Shown piece by piece: positions 1 to 9,882 of a DNA stretch of 64,000 nucleotides. Position numbers and translations under genes: made by a program. This DNA is from Acidimicrobiia bacterium. GTDB taxonomy: Bacteria; Actinomycetota; Acidimicrobiia; Spongiisociales; JAENVV01. The DNA lies in assembly GCA_041628225.1 (NCBI GenBank), contig JBFKPQ010000001.1:13518-77517 (forward strand). Direction: 5' to 3'. Position 1 is the first letter of the stretch, and each line of letters begins with the position of its first letter. The notes beneath the pieces were generated by a model. That model was not told the origin of the DNA. It searched no databases and saw only the letters and a program-made list of their open reading frames with translations.

Positions 1-1598
1 TACAGCGATCCACTTCGCTGAAGCAGGCCGTTCAGTTCGGGCGATCGCACGAGTCTCGCCGCAATGACGAACACCGCCGTGGTTACGACTGCGGCGGCGA
101 GCAGTGCGATCGCTCCGCGTCCGAGGGACACCTCGCCGATCGGCGTGGCGAGGTTGCCGGCCACCCACCAGCCGGCCGCACCTGCGGGCGCGGCAGCCGC
201 CAACCCTCGGGCGAGACTCGAACCGAGGCCGGCCAGGCCGTCGGTCGACAGGTCGCGGTACCAGACGGCCGCCAGTGTCAGCGTGTAGCCGGCCATCGCC
301 GCAACGCTCGCCATCGGCAGACCCCGCTGTCCGAAGCTGTCGATGAGTACCACATACAACGGAATTGCCAGGGCGGTCCAGACGGTGCCGACGATGACCG
401 GAGTCCACATGCGGCGCAGGGCGTAGAACCCGCGCGCATAGATCTGGTGAGCGCCCCACAGGGGGATGGCGAGCGAGAACAGCGCCAGCGCAGTGGCGGT
501 GCCGATCGTGGCTGCGCTGTCGAAGTTGGCGCGTTGGAACGCCACCCGAACCGCCACCTGCGACGTGGCGAGCACGAGTGCGGTCGCGCCGAGCCCGGCG
601 AACACCGTGTACCGAAGGGCCTCATGCAGCTTGGCTCGGAGCTCGGTCCAGCGCTCGTTCGCGGCGAGCTCGGCGAGGAATGGATAGGCGGCCACGCCGG
701 CCGCTTGGGCGATGACGCCGACGGGCAGCATCGTGAGGCGACGGCCGTAGTTGAGCTCGCTGATGGCGGCCTCGCCGAGGGACTGGCCGAACACGCGGAC
801 GAACTGCTCGTCGAGCACGGCGATCGACTGCCCGAGCATGAGGGGGATGGCCAGGAGCAAGTACTCCGACAAGACCGGTGTGCGCCAGGGTGTTCCGGAC
901 ACCCACCGGAGACCCAGGCGCCGTGCGCCGGCGGCTTGCAGCAGAAAGTTGCCCGCGACCGCGCCGGCCAGGGCGCCCCAGGCAAATCCGGCGGGCCCCG
1001 GCGTCCCGGTCCAGTATCCGATGGCACCACCCACGATGATGCCGAGGTTGTAGACGACGGGAGCGAGGCTGGGCACCAGGAAGTGCCGCTGGGCGTACTG
1101 GACGGCCATGAGCAGCGAGCCGACCATGAAGAAGAGCTGGGCGGGCAGCACGATCCTCGTCAGGTCGGTCACCTGGGCCAGCTCGGCAGGTCCGAGCGCC
1201 GTCGCGGTCGGGCTACCCGGGAGCAGGTCGACGAAACGTACGTAGACGAGATCGACGAGCCGATCCGCCCACACCATCGCAGCCGCCGTCAGCGCCGCCA
1301 TCACGGACGTGATCGGCTTCGCCACCGCGGTGAAGGCTTTGTTGATCTCGGCGGGTTCGTCGCCGATGCGGGTGAGGATCGGAATGAACGTGATCGACAG
1401 GTACCCGCCCGCCATCAGATAGAAGAGGATGTCCGGAATGAAGAACGCCGCGAAGTAGATGTCGGAATCGACGGTGGCGCCGAGCAATGCCGTCATCACC
1501 ACGTCCCGGGCGAAGCCGAGTAGTCGAGAAAGCAGGATGCCGGCCGAGACGACCAGGGCTGCAACCCCCATCCGAGACTGGCGGAAACGGCTCATCGT
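1..1598 (-). CDS. murJ: Lipid II flippase MurJ/MviN; the C-terminal end runs off the window start
   Basis: Minus-strand frame is open from the ATG at 1596-1598 to the window edge, so it is absent from the ORF track (no stop in window). Translation MSRFRQSRMGVAALVVSAGILLSRLLGFARDVVMTALLGATVDSDIYFAAFFIPDILFYL... is a polytopic membrane protein with the MurJ N-terminal signature. The start overlaps the stop of the upstream PHP gene by a few bp. Confidence 0.8.
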
Positions 1599-2428
1599 GC
1601 AGCCTCGAGGTCGTCGAGCACGTGGTCGGGTACCACGAGATCCCCGCGCCCGACACCGATCTCGAGACCTGCCTTGTAGGTGCCGTGGTAGTCGGAGCCC
1701 CCAGAAGGCAGGAGGCCGAACCGGTCCGCCATCTCGATGAACTCGCGGCGGCGCTCTGGTGGGTAATCGCCGTAGTGGCATTCGAGACCGATGAGGCCCG
1801 CCTCGGCGAGTTCTGTGAAGGCCGCCGCGTACTCGTCGGCCGTGTCCAGACCCATCGTGTGCGGGTGTGCGATGATCGGTACCGCTCGGCCCTGGCGGGC
1901 CAGTCGGATCGCTTCGATGGGCTCCAGCCGATCCCGCCCGACGTAGGCCGGCTTGCCCGCCGCAAGGAGTTGATCGAAGGCGCTCGGGATGTCGGCGACG
2001 TACCCCTTGGCGACCAGAACCGCCGCGATGTGGGGCCGTCCGATGACCCCGTCGCCGGCTTCCGAACGCACCTCGTCGAGCGTCACCTGGTAGCCCAGGT
2101 CGACCAGTCGGCTCACCATCCGCTCGTTGCGTGCCGCCCGGGACGTCTGGAGCCACGCCAGCTTGTCGAGCAGCGCACCCTCCTCGGGTAGGAAGAGCAC
2201 CACCATGTGCAAGCCGCCGCGGACCCATGCGACGGACAGCTCGACACCTCGGATGAGTTTGATGTCGGTGACGGTCGCAGCTTCGGCGGCCTCGGCAAGG
2301 CCTTCGACCGTGTCGTGGTCGGTGAGGGCAACGGCCGTGAGGCCCGCCTGGGATGCCTTCGCCACGAGTTCAGTCGGCGTGTCGGAGCCGTCGGAGATCG
2401 ACGAGTGCGTGTGGAGGTCGACGGCCAT
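1592..2428 (-). CDS. PHP-domain metal-dependent phosphoesterase (TrpH/YciV-like)
   Basis: 278-aa ORF beginning MAVDLHTHSSISDGSDTPTELV..ALTDHDTVEG; His-rich PHP motifs are present. Translationally coupled to murJ. Confidence 0.8.
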   Translation of the reverse strand: MAVDLHTHSSISDGSDTPTELVAKASQAGLTAVALTDHDTVEGLAEAAEAATVTDIKLIRGVELSVAWVRGGLHMVVLFLPEEGALLDKLAWLQTSRAARNERMVSRLVDLGYQVTLDEVRSEAGDGVIGRPHIAAVLVAKGYVADIPSAFDQLLAAGKPAYVGRDRLEPIEAIRLARQGRAVPIIAHPHTMGLDTADEYAAAFTELAEAGLIGLECHYGDYPPERRREFIEMADRFGLLPSGGSDYHGTYKAGLEIGVGRGDLVVPDHVLDDLEAAR

Positions 2429-2445
2429 CGGACCGCAGCGTACCG

Positions 2446-3222
2446 TCAGGGCCCTGGTTCGATCCGGATCGTCTCGATGTAGATCGTCTGACGGGGTCGG
2501 CTGGCTTCGGCGCTCAGCCCCGGACCGACCTCGATGCCTTCGATCCGGTCGAGCGTGTCGAATCCGTCCACCACTCGACCGATGACACCGAAGCGGGCGG
2601 GCAAGCGGGCGTCGTCGGCGAGCACGATGAAAAACTGCGAGCCGGTCGTGTCGGGCCGGTCGCCCCGCACCATGGCGACGACGCCGTACTCGTAGCGGAA
2701 TCCTTCCGCAGGCGGCTCGTCGGGTGTCGTGTAGCCGGGGCCGCCTTCGCCGTTGCCTCGGGGGTCGCCTCCGCGCAGCTCGCGACCCTCCAGGAGGCGG
2801 TGAAACACCGTGCCGTCATAGAAACCTTGGTCTGCGAGGAATGCGAACGAGTTCACCGCGGCCGGCGCCGACGCCGGGTCCAGTTCGATGGTCACCGAAC
2901 CGCAGGACGTCTCGATGACCGCTCGCGCCGAACCGGTCAACGCCTGATCGGCCGGCTGTGAGAACTGCATCGGCGCCGCGGGCGGCGGTGGTTCGGCCCC
3001 GCAAGCCGTCGGGAACGAGCGGGCGTCGTCGTAGTCCTCGCCCAGGGGTCCGCTCGTGTCGCGTCCGAACCACGAGAACAGCGCCAATCCGCTGAGCACG
3101 ACCACGAAGATGGTGAAGCTTCGACGCAGTGACGCCTTCAGGCGTGTTCGGCGAGCCGCTTTGGCCCGGGCCGCCTTGGCAGCGGCCTTGTTGTCCTTCT
3201 TCGTTCGGCGTTGATCTGACAC
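2446..3222 (-). CDS. Membrane-anchored cyclophilin-type peptidyl-prolyl cis-trans isomerase
   Basis: N-terminal basic stretch and one TM helix ([17 protein letters not shown]), then a cyclophilin fold ([30 protein letters not shown]). Confidence 0.8.
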   Translation of the reverse strand: MSDQRRTKKDNKAAAKAARAKAARRTRLKASLRRSFTIFVVVLSGLALFSWFGRDTSGPLGEDYDDARSFPTACGAEPPPPAAPMQFSQPADQALTGSARAVIETSCGSVTIELDPASAPAAVNSFAFLADQGFYDGTVFHRLLEGRELRGGDPRGNGEGGPGYTTPDEPPAEGFRYEYGVVAMVRGDRPDTTGSQFFIVLADDARLPARFGVIGRVVDGFDTLDRIEGIEVGPGLSAEASRPRQTIYIETIRIEPGP

Positions 3223-3314
3223 GGCGTCAGATCATAGAGCGAACCGGCGCCGGGCGATCCGGCGGCCTCCGAAAACGAGAAGGCTGGGTCCCGCCCACCG
3301 GTACACTGCCCGCC

Positions 3315-4547
3315 GTGTCGTTGATCGTTCAGAAATACGGTGGGACGTCCGTCGGTGACCCGGAGCGGATCAAGCGGGTTGCCGGCCGTATCGCCGCCAC
3401 CCGCCGCTCCGGCAACGACGTCATCGTGGTTGTGTCCGCCATGGGTCAGACAACCGACGAGCTCATCGCGCTGGCCGCCGACATCAATGCCTCCCCGCCC
3501 GCTCGGGAGATGGACATGCTGCTCACCGCCGGAGAGCGGATCTCGATGGCGCTGCTGGCGATGGCGTTGGACATCGAAGGCGTCGAAGCGGTTTCGCTGA
3601 CCGGTTCGCAAGCCGGCATCTTGACCGATGAGTCGCATGGCGCTGCTCGCATCAGGGAGATTCGCGGCGATCGGATTCGCATGAGTCTGGACGAGGGCAA
3701 AGTCGTCATCGTCGCCGGGTTCCAAGGTGTCTCTCCCCTCACGAAAGAGGTGACGACCCTCGGGCGAGGCGGCTCCGACGCCACGGCCGTGGCTCTTGCC
3801 GCGGCGCATGGCGCGGATGTCTGCGAGATCTACACCGACGTCGACGGCGTGTTCACGGCGGATCCACGTCTCGTCCCGAACGCCCGAAAGCTCGATGAGG
3901 TCTCCTTCGAGGAGATGCTCGAACTGGCTGCCTCGGGCGCCGGCGTTCTCATGGGTCGGTCGGTCGAGTTCGGCCGTCGGTTCGGCATTCCGATCCACGT
4001 CCGCTCGTCGTTTCACGAACAGCCCGGTACCTGGGTGAAGGAGTCAACCATGGAGCAAGCCATTGTCAGTGGGGTCGCCCACGACACCTCCGAGGCCAAG
4101 GTCACGGTGCACTCGGTGCCGGACCGTCCCGGTGTGGCCGCCGCCCTGTTCGAACAGCTGGCCACGGACGGTGTGATCATCGACATGATCGTCCAGAACG
4201 TGTCGCATGCCGGCCAGACCGACATCTCATTCACGGTCCCGCGACAGCATGTCGAACGTGCCCGGACGACCGCGGCCGGCGTGGCGGCGGAACTCGGCGC
4301 CGGCGGGGTGGACGTCGACACGAGCATCGCCAAGGTGTCGCTGGTCGGTGCGGGCATGAAGTCGGAGTCCGGGATCGCGGCGCGCGTGTTCCGGGCACTC
4401 GCAGATCACTCGATCAACATCGAGATGATCTCGACCTCGACGATTCGGATCTCGTGTGTCGTGCAGGAGGCGCAGGTCGGTGAGGCCGTGCGTGCGCTCG
4501 TCGAGGAGTTCGCGCTGGGCGAGGTGAGTGAGGAGGTCGGGGTATGA
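3315..4547 (+). CDS. lysC: Aspartate kinase (aspartokinase alpha chain)
   Basis: Kinase signature [29 protein letters not shown], with C-terminal ACT domains. The track ORF begins at 3129, but the likely start is the in-frame GTG at about 3315, just before the conserved VQKYGGTS. Confidence 0.9.
   Translation: MSLIVQKYGGTSVGDPERIKRVAGRIAATRRSGNDVIVVVSAMGQTTDELIALAADINASPPAREMDMLLTAGERISMALLAMALDIEGVEAVSLTGSQAGILTDESHGAARIREIRGDRIRMSLDEGKVVIVAGFQGVSPLTKEVTTLGRGGSDATAVALAAAHGADVCEIYTDVDGVFTADPRLVPNARKLDEVSFEEMLELAASGAGVLMGRSVEFGRRFGIPIHVRSSFHEQPGTWVKESTMEQAIVSGVAHDTSEAKVTVHSVPDRPGVAAALFEQLATDGVIIDMIVQNVSHAGQTDISFTVPRQHVERARTTAAGVAAELGAGGVDVDTSIAKVSLVGAGMKSESGIAARVFRALADHSINIEMISTSTIRISCVVQEAQVGEAVRALVEEFALGEVSEEVGV
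4050..4547 (+). CDS. lysC: Putative in-frame aspartokinase beta subunit (ACT-domain regulatory chain) from an internal start
   Basis: An in-frame ATG at 4050 is preceded by a strong RBS (gtgAAGGAGtcaaccATGgag) at the kinase/ACT boundary ([20 protein letters not shown]...). This matches the alpha/beta LysC arrangement known in Corynebacterium and Mycobacterium. Confidence 0.55.
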   Translation: MEQAIVSGVAHDTSEAKVTVHSVPDRPGVAAALFEQLATDGVIIDMIVQNVSHAGQTDISFTVPRQHVERARTTAAGVAAELGAGGVDVDTSIAKVSLVGAGMKSESGIAARVFRALADHSINIEMISTSTIRISCVVQEAQVGEAVRALVEEFALGEVSEEVGV

Positions 4548-5557
4548 CGAAGCAGCGTGTGGCAGTGGTGGGTGCCACGGGAGCCGTCGGCCGGACGATG
4601 CTCGAGATCCTGGACCAGCGAGATTTCCCGATCGAAGAGCTCCGATTGCTCGCCTCGGCCCGCTCGGCGGGTCAGGTGGTCGGGACCCGATGGGGGGATG
4701 TGACCATCGAAGATCTGGCCACCGCAGATCCGACCGGCATCGAGGTCGCATTGTTCTCGGCCGGAGGAGCTCGCTCCACCGAGTTCGCTCCTGCGTTCGC
4801 GGCGGCCGGAGCAGTCGTCGTCGACAACTCGTCGGCGTTTCGCATGGACCCCGACGTTCCGCTGGTCGTCGCCGGCGTGAACGACGGCGCCGCGGCCGCC
4901 CACCGCGGCATCATCGCCAACCCGAACTGCACGACGATGACCCTCCTCATGGGCATCGGCCCCCTGCACCGGGCCGCCGGTTTGGTATCGATGGTGGCGT
5001 CGTCCTATCAGTCCGTGTCGGGTTCCGGCATGAAGGGCATGGACGAACTGACGCGTCAGGTCGAGGCATTGGGCGGGGATCGCGGCGCCCTGTCGAGCGG
5101 CGGCTGGATCGATCCGGGCGGCGACGTCTATTCGCGCCCGATCGGCTGGAACGTCATCCCGTTCGCCGGTGGCGCAGCGGAAGGCGGATACACGGACGAG
5201 GAATGGAAGCTCGTGAACGAGACGCGCAAGATCCTCGACGCGCCCGGGGTCGAAGTCGAACCCCTGTGCGTCCGCGTCCCCGTGATGGTGGGACACGGCA
5301 TCGCGGCCACGGCGTTTTTCGACCGACCCGTGGCAGCCGAGGAAGCCATCGAGATCATCGCCGCGGCTCCCGGAGTGCAGGTGTGGTCGGACACCGTCCC
5401 TACCCCCCTCGACTCGGCGGGCATCGATGACGTGCTCGTGGGACGAATCCGCCCGACCGTCGGGCGGCCGGGCGGGATCTCGCTGTGGACGGTGGGCGAC
5501 AACCTCCGGAAGGGCGCGGCCCTGAACGCCGTCCAGATCGCTGAGCTGCTGGTCTGA
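4544..5557 (+). CDS. asd: Aspartate-semialdehyde dehydrogenase
   Basis: [23 protein letters not shown]..; active-site region NPNCTTM. ATGA overlap with the lysC stop gives the classic ask-asd operon. Confidence 0.9.
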   Translation: MTKQRVAVVGATGAVGRTMLEILDQRDFPIEELRLLASARSAGQVVGTRWGDVTIEDLATADPTGIEVALFSAGGARSTEFAPAFAAAGAVVVDNSSAFRMDPDVPLVVAGVNDGAAAAHRGIIANPNCTTMTLLMGIGPLHRAAGLVSMVASSYQSVSGSGMKGMDELTRQVEALGGDRGALSSGGWIDPGGDVYSRPIGWNVIPFAGGAAEGGYTDEEWKLVNETRKILDAPGVEVEPLCVRVPVMVGHGIAATAFFDRPVAAEEAIEIIAAAPGVQVWSDTVPTPLDSAGIDDVLVGRIRPTVGRPGGISLWTVGDNLRKGAALNAVQIAELLV

Positions 5558-5956
5558 TCAGGCGGCTTGCGGCTGGCCGGTTTCCGGCTCGTCGGACTGG
5601 AAGCGTTCCTTGACGGACTCGTACCAGCTCTTGAGCTTTGCGGCCGTCCGGGCCCGTCGCTCGGCACCGTTGCGCGGGTCGAGGTAGTACGCGGCAGCGG
5701 CGGTCGAGGCCAACCCCAGCATGGTCCGGCCCCGGCGGCGCGACGTCAACGCGACCGGCGCGGCGGTGGCGACGGCTTGCAGCACGCCCGTGGCTCGATC
5801 CTGGGCCGTGTCCACGAACTCGGAGGCGGTGTCTTTCACGTCGTCGACATCGATCGACGAGGCGACGTCGCTCGCCGCTTCGGCGACGGTCTGCGCCGTG
5901 TCGCGCACCCACGCTCCCACGGTTTCAGTCACATCTCCAACGGTGGTCTTCGGCAT
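5558..5956 (-). CDS. Small hypothetical protein, Ala/Thr/Asp-rich with one C-terminal hydrophobic segment
   Basis: Internal ATG at 5956 with RBS (GGAGGattgaccATG). Product MPKTTVGDVTETVGAWVRDTAQTV...LGLASTAAAAYYLDPRNG.. is about 132 aa. The upstream part of the track ORF is Arg-rich and not coding-like. Confidence 0.5.
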   Translation of the reverse strand: MPKTTVGDVTETVGAWVRDTAQTVAEAASDVASSIDVDDVKDTASEFVDTAQDRATGVLQAVATAAPVALTSRRRGRTMLGLASTAAAAYYLDPRNGAERRARTAAKLKSWYESVKERFQSDEPETGQPQAA

Positions 5957-5958
5957 GG

Positions 5959-6150
5959 TCAATCCTCCAGTTCTCGGCCGACTTCGGCCGCCTCTTCTTC
6001 GAACTCCTCGGCGATGTCCTCGATGAATTCGTCGACTCGTTCTATCTCTTCGTCGCTGACGGCTCCGTCGCCGTCTTCGTCGGCGCACGCCGCGGGAACC
6101 ATCGAAGTGATCCCGATGAGACATGCCGCCAGGGTCTTGTTCCAGTCCAC
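5959..6150 (-). CDS. 63-aa extremely acidic small protein with lipoprotein-like N-terminus
   Basis: GTG start at 6150 with a strong RBS (gAAGGAGGaaccGTG). Product: MDWNKTLAACLIGITSMVPAACADEDGDGAVSDEEIERVDEFIEDIAEEFEEEAAEVGRELED. The possible lipobox is VPAAC, and the mature part is about 50 percent Asp/Glu. Confidence 0.5.
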   Translation of the reverse strand: MDWNKTLAACLIGITSMVPAACADEDGDGAVSDEEIERVDEFIEDIAEEFEEEAAEVGRELED

Positions 6151-6190
6151 GGTTCCTCCTTCACGGAGGGTTACCCGCGCGCCGAGCGAC

Positions 6191-6643
6191 TCAAACCCAG
6201 TACCGGATGAGGCGTCCGATGCCTCTCAAGAGCATGCCGAGCCCCCGGCGCCAGGGCGGTTCGGGGATCTTGGAGAACGCGATGGCGTCGGCCATGGAGG
6301 ACGGCTCACTCTGCGGACCGGCGGTGAGCCGGCTCAGCTTGGTGAGTTCGCCGGGATCGCACCAGATGCTCTGACAGATCGAGCAGACGTCGAGGGTCAC
6401 GACCCCAAGCGGATGGTTCATCTCGAGGACGACCATGCCCGCCGCGCAGAACGGGCAGGACGGCCCACCGGGAACACCACGGTCTGCGGCGGCCCGTACG
6501 AGGTCTCTGCGCCCGTCGTAACCGACCAGCAAGCCGAGATCCGCCCGATTCGACGCCACGCCGTGCCCCCGTGGGCATTCCAGGCGGTTGCCGGTGCTGT
6601 GCGTCGGCATCAGGATGGCGTCACATCGGGGGCAGCGATACAC
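6191..6643 (-). CDS. Double zinc-ribbon (TFIIB-type zf-like) domain protein
   Basis: Two CxxC..CxxC-type ribbons (CPRCDA..CPRGHG and CPFCAAG..CSICQS). 150 aa, GTG start. Confidence 0.6.
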   Translation of the reverse strand: MYRCPRCDAILMPTHSTGNRLECPRGHGVASNRADLGLLVGYDGRRDLVRAAADRGVPGGPSCPFCAAGMVVLEMNHPLGVVTLDVCSICQSIWCDPGELTKLSRLTAGPQSEPSSMADAIAFSKIPEPPWRRGLGMLLRGIGRLIRYWV

Positions 6644-6670
6644 GCCGCCGATGTTACGGCTGAATCGAAA

Positions 6671-6704
6671 CAGCCTCCGAGTTTCCTCGGAGGCTGTTTC
6701 TTTC
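6671..6704 (-). terminator. Perfect GC-rich hairpin downstream of tRNA-Pro (intrinsic terminator; symmetric, so it could act bidirectionally)
   Basis: cagcctccgag-tttc-ctcggaggctg followed by tttcttt. On the minus strand it lies immediately 3' of the tRNA. Confidence 0.6.
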
Positions 6705-6707
6705 GGG

Positions 6708-6781
6708 TCGGGACGGCCGGATTTGAACCGGCGACCTCATCGTCCCGAACGATGCGCGCTACCAACCTGCGCCACGTCCCG
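6708..6781 (-). tRNA. tRNA-Pro (anticodon CGG)
   Basis: The reverse complement CGGGACGTGGCGCAGGTTGGTAGCGCGCATCGTTCGGGACGATGAGGTCGCCGGTTCAAATCCGGCCGTCCCGA folds as a cloverleaf: 7-bp acceptor stem, T-loop GGTTCAAATCC, anticodon loop TTCGGGA. CCA is not encoded. Confidence 0.85.
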
Positions 6782-6815
6782 TGAGGGCGTCATGCTAGTC
6801 CCGCCCGCCGCGGTG

Positions 6816-8069
6816 TCATTCCTCGAATTCGTGCAGCGTGACCCGGACCCTGCCAATACGGCGGCGATCCATCGTTTCGACCACCAGGTGCACCGAGCCC
6901 AGGTCCACGGCGTCGCCCTCATGGGGGATATCGCCGAATGCCGCCAGGAACAAGCCGCCCACGGTGGTGTACGGGCCGTCGGGCAGCACGGCGCCGATCG
7001 TCTCGGCGAGTTCGGAGACCGGCATGGAGCCGTCCGCGATCCAGAGCCCCTCTCCGGTTACGGCCGCCGCGGGAACTCCAGGGTCGAACTCGTCGTGGAA
7101 ATCACCGACCAGCTCCGAGACGAGGTCCTTGGCCGTGATGATGCCTTCGATCCCGCCGTGTTCATCGAGCACGACGGCGATGCCGATGCGGCGTGTGCGG
7201 AAATCGTGGAGCACGGCCATGAGTGGGGCGGTCTCGGGCACGAAGTAGGGATCGCGCAAAAGTCGCTCGATACGTTCGGGTGTCAGCTCGGGTGATCGCA
7301 GCAGATCCTTGACGTAGAGCACGCCGGCCAACTGGTCGACCTCGCCTTCCGAGGTCAGGACGGGATAGCGGGAATGCCCTGTGGAGGCGACGACCGACCG
7401 GACGGCCGCCTCGTCGAGTGGGAGGTGCAGGCTGACGATGTCGACGCGGGGCGTCATCACGTCGCGGACCAGACGGTCGGTGGCCGTGAACAAAGCCTCG
7501 ATCAGCTCGCGTTCTTCCTGCTCGATCTCTCCGGCCTGCTCGCCCAGGACGGCGAGCGCTTTGACGTCTTCTTCGGTGACCGCCCGCTCGGCGTCGACGT
7601 CGGCGCCGACCAGTCGCAGAATGAGTCCGCTGACAGCCCGGAAGATCCGGGCGACCGGGTCGATGACGCGCGAGGCGCGCCACAAGGTCGGCGCCACCGC
7701 CAAGCCGTACCGCTCCGGGTAGCGGGAGGCGAGGGTCTTCGGTGTGATCTCGCCGACGACGAGCACGATGGCCGTCAGCCCGAAGGTGGCGACGATCGTT
7801 CCCCACTGTTCCCCGAGTAGATCGACCGCGAGGATCGTGGCGAGCGCGGCAGCGAGGATGTTCACGAAGTTGTTGGCGACCAGGATGGTGCCGATCGTTC
7901 GCTCCGGATGAGACGCCAGCGCCAGCAACGCGTTGCCCCGCCGACCCTCGAGCCGCGCCAGCCGCTCACGCGGAATGGCGACGACGGCCGTTTCGGACCC
8001 GGACAAGAATCCCGAGGCGACCAGGCAGAGAACCAGGGTCACCAGGATGACGAGGCGTTCGGCGGTCAT
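6816..8069 (-). CDS. CNNM/CorC/HlyC-family transporter (DUF21 TM domain + CBS pair + CorC_HlyC C-terminal domain)
   Basis: Start is the internal ATG at 8069 (MTAERLVILVTLVLCLVASGFLSGSETA...). The 5' 150 codons of the track ORF are Arg-rich and overlap the REC gene in another frame, so they are not coding. CBS and C-terminal transporter-associated motifs are present. Confidence 0.8.
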   Translation of the reverse strand: MTAERLVILVTLVLCLVASGFLSGSETAVVAIPRERLARLEGRRGNALLALASHPERTIGTILVANNFVNILAAALATILAVDLLGEQWGTIVATFGLTAIVLVVGEITPKTLASRYPERYGLAVAPTLWRASRVIDPVARIFRAVSGLILRLVGADVDAERAVTEEDVKALAVLGEQAGEIEQEERELIEALFTATDRLVRDVMTPRVDIVSLHLPLDEAAVRSVVASTGHSRYPVLTSEGEVDQLAGVLYVKDLLRSPELTPERIERLLRDPYFVPETAPLMAVLHDFRTRRIGIAVVLDEHGGIEGIITAKDLVSELVGDFHDEFDPGVPAAAVTGEGLWIADGSMPVSELAETIGAVLPDGPYTTVGGLFLAAFGDIPHEGDAVDLGSVHLVVETMDRRRIGRVRVTLHEFEE

Positions 8070-8077
8070 GCCCCGCG

Positions 8078-8443
8078 TCAGTCGACGGAGGCGGCCAGGA
8101 CTGCTCTGAGCTGCTGCGCCGTGAACGGCTTCACCACCCAGGCGTCGGCGCCGGCCCGCTTCGCCAGAAACTGGTCGGCGGAGCGGTCGAGGAGCAACAC
8201 CACAGGCCGATCGGGAATGTCGCCGGCGTACACGGCTTCCTTGAGAGCCCGCGTTACGGCCATGCCACCCATCGAACCCACCTGCATGTCGACGAGGTAG
8301 ATCGACGCCGTTCGGCGCTGCGCAGCCATGATCGCGTCCCTCGGCTGTTCGACGACCTCGAGATGAGTGGCCGGTTCGATGATCGCGGCGGCGACGTCGT
8401 TCCGGACCCACGGTGTGTCGGCGACGAGGAGAATCGTGCTCAT
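8078..8443 (-). CDS. Stand-alone CheY-like receiver domain protein (atypical acidic pocket)
   Basis: 121 aa. Phospho-acceptor Asp is in IYLVDMQVGSMGG, conserved Ser in LLLDRSA, and Lys in VVKPF. The N-terminal acidic pair is degenerate (ADTP instead of DD). The stop lies 8 bp before the CNNM start. Confidence 0.7.
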   Translation of the reverse strand: MSTILLVADTPWVRNDVAAAIIEPATHLEVVEQPRDAIMAAQRRTASIYLVDMQVGSMGGMAVTRALKEAVYAGDIPDRPVVLLLDRSADQFLAKRAGADAWVVKPFTAQQLRAVLAASVD

Positions 8444-8533
8444 GGCGCGGCATGGTAGCCGCAGCAGATCGGCCCATCGTGGTCGGCATCCCGGCGAATT
8501 CGGACGTGTGGCTCGCTCCTATCATGGCGGCCC

Positions 8534-9772
8534 GTGTTACGTAGAACGTTGGTGCTCGCTGCCGTACTGGTGTCGTTGGCCGTTCCCGCTCTCGCCCAGG
8601 GGTCCTCGGCTCCCATCGACGTGATCGATGTGACCGGTCCCCTCGATGCCCACGGGATTCGATACGTCACCGACCAGATCCAGGAGGCCCCCGAACGCGG
8701 AACTCAGGCGATCGTCCTCCAGATCGACGCTGCCGCGGTCGTCGGCCGGACTGCAAGGGAAGACCTCGATGACCTCCTGATGGTCGTTGCCGACCCGCCG
8801 GTCCCGGTGATCGCCTGGGTGGGGGACGCGCCGGCCGTGGCGTTCGGGGGCGCGTTGGAGGTGGCGCTCTCGGCCGGCCACACGGTGGCGGCACCGGGTG
8901 TGGAGATCGGCCACCGCCATCCGACGGTCCTCGGTCATGGATCGAATCCCGACGAGACGCGGACCGTTGTCGACGGTCCGATGGATGGACTCGTGGACGA
9001 CGTCCAGGCCACGATCGGAGGCCTGATCGTGTCGCTCGACGGGATGACGTTACCGACTTCGGCAGGACCGGTGACCCTCGATACGGCCGTGCAGACCACC
9101 GATGACGGCGAAGTGCGCATGCGCGTGGTGCCAGAGGTTCGATTCCTCGAGCCGGGACTCTGGACGCGGACGCTCCGCCTGGCCCTCCGCCCCGAAGCGG
9201 TGTTCTTCTTCTTGACCATCGGTCTGGCCTTCGCGGCGTTCGAGTTCTACGCCATCGGTCCGGGCGTGGCCGCCGCCACGGCCTCCGTTCCGCTCCTGCT
9301 GGCCGGATATGGGCTCAGTCAACTCCCGATCGGCTGGGGTCTCTTCTTGGTGCTGTTTGCGATGTGGCTGATGACGAGTGACTATCAGCGGGGAGGGTTC
9401 GGCGTGCTCTCGTACTTGGCGACCGTCCTGCTTGGAATCGGAGGTTTCTTCATCACCGACACGCGACCTGCGCTTCCTCCGAGCGGGTGGGCTGTCGTGC
9501 TCACCGCCGTCGGTGTCGGCCTGTTCTATCTGGTGGCCATGCCGACCGTGGCGAGGTCGCGGTTCACGACGCAGACCATCGGACGCGACCATCTCATCGG
9601 CCGACGAGGACGTGCTGTGACCGACCTCACCGGACATGGGACGGTGGATGTGGACGGTGCCGTGTGGGAGGCGGTGTCCCACCGGGAGTCGGGCATCGCG
9701 GCCGGCGACGAAGTCGTCGTCCATGGGGTCCAAGGCCTGTTTCTCGAGGTGGAACCACCGGAAGAGGGTTGA
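8534..9772 (+). CDS. Long-form NfeD-like membrane-bound serine protease (ClpP-fold) with C-terminal OB-fold
   Basis: GTG start; signal peptide MLRRTLVLAAVLVSLAVPALAQG; ClpP-like domain; several TM helices; C-terminal NfeD OB fold (GTVDVDGAVWEAVSHRESGIAAGDEVVVHGVQGLFLEVE). Confidence 0.8.
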   Translation: MLRRTLVLAAVLVSLAVPALAQGSSAPIDVIDVTGPLDAHGIRYVTDQIQEAPERGTQAIVLQIDAAAVVGRTAREDLDDLLMVVADPPVPVIAWVGDAPAVAFGGALEVALSAGHTVAAPGVEIGHRHPTVLGHGSNPDETRTVVDGPMDGLVDDVQATIGGLIVSLDGMTLPTSAGPVTLDTAVQTTDDGEVRMRVVPEVRFLEPGLWTRTLRLALRPEAVFFFLTIGLAFAAFEFYAIGPGVAAATASVPLLLAGYGLSQLPIGWGLFLVLFAMWLMTSDYQRGGFGVLSYLATVLLGIGGFFITDTRPALPPSGWAVVLTAVGVGLFYLVAMPTVARSRFTTQTIGRDHLIGRRGRAVTDLTGHGTVDVDGAVWEAVSHRESGIAAGDEVVVHGVQGLFLEVEPPEEG

Positions 9773-9882
9773 CCAGGTCGCGAAAAACCTCTCGATCGCC
9801 TGCCAAAAACTTCCTGGTGGGCTGGAGTGTCTAGTGCTAGCTTCCCTTGCGCAGCAAGGCGGCGATGTGGAGGAGGACCCGC

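Noticed and set aside
447-1523. 358-aa plus-strand ORF (Gly/Arg/Glu-rich), and similar long ORFs at 278-1030 and 1213-1965
   Set aside because: They are antisense or out of frame to the murJ reading frame, have low-complexity Arg/Gly/Pro composition and no GC3 bias. They are typical high-GC frame artefacts.
5558-6816. Integrated mobile element at tRNA-Pro
   Set aside because: There is no integrase, no direct repeat of the tRNA 3' end, and no compositional shift. The small genes are probably native.
6816-8525. Full 569-aa version of the CNNM ORF
   Set aside because: The first 152 codons are Arg-rich and overlap the receiver-domain gene in another frame. The internal ATG at 8069 gives a canonical DUF21 N-terminus.
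9773-9846. Search for tRNA-Sec (selC) or other tRNAs in intergenic gaps near selAB
   Set aside because: No acceptor/T-arm pattern (GGTTCGAATCC-like) was found in any intergenic segment other than tRNA-Pro at 6708-6781.
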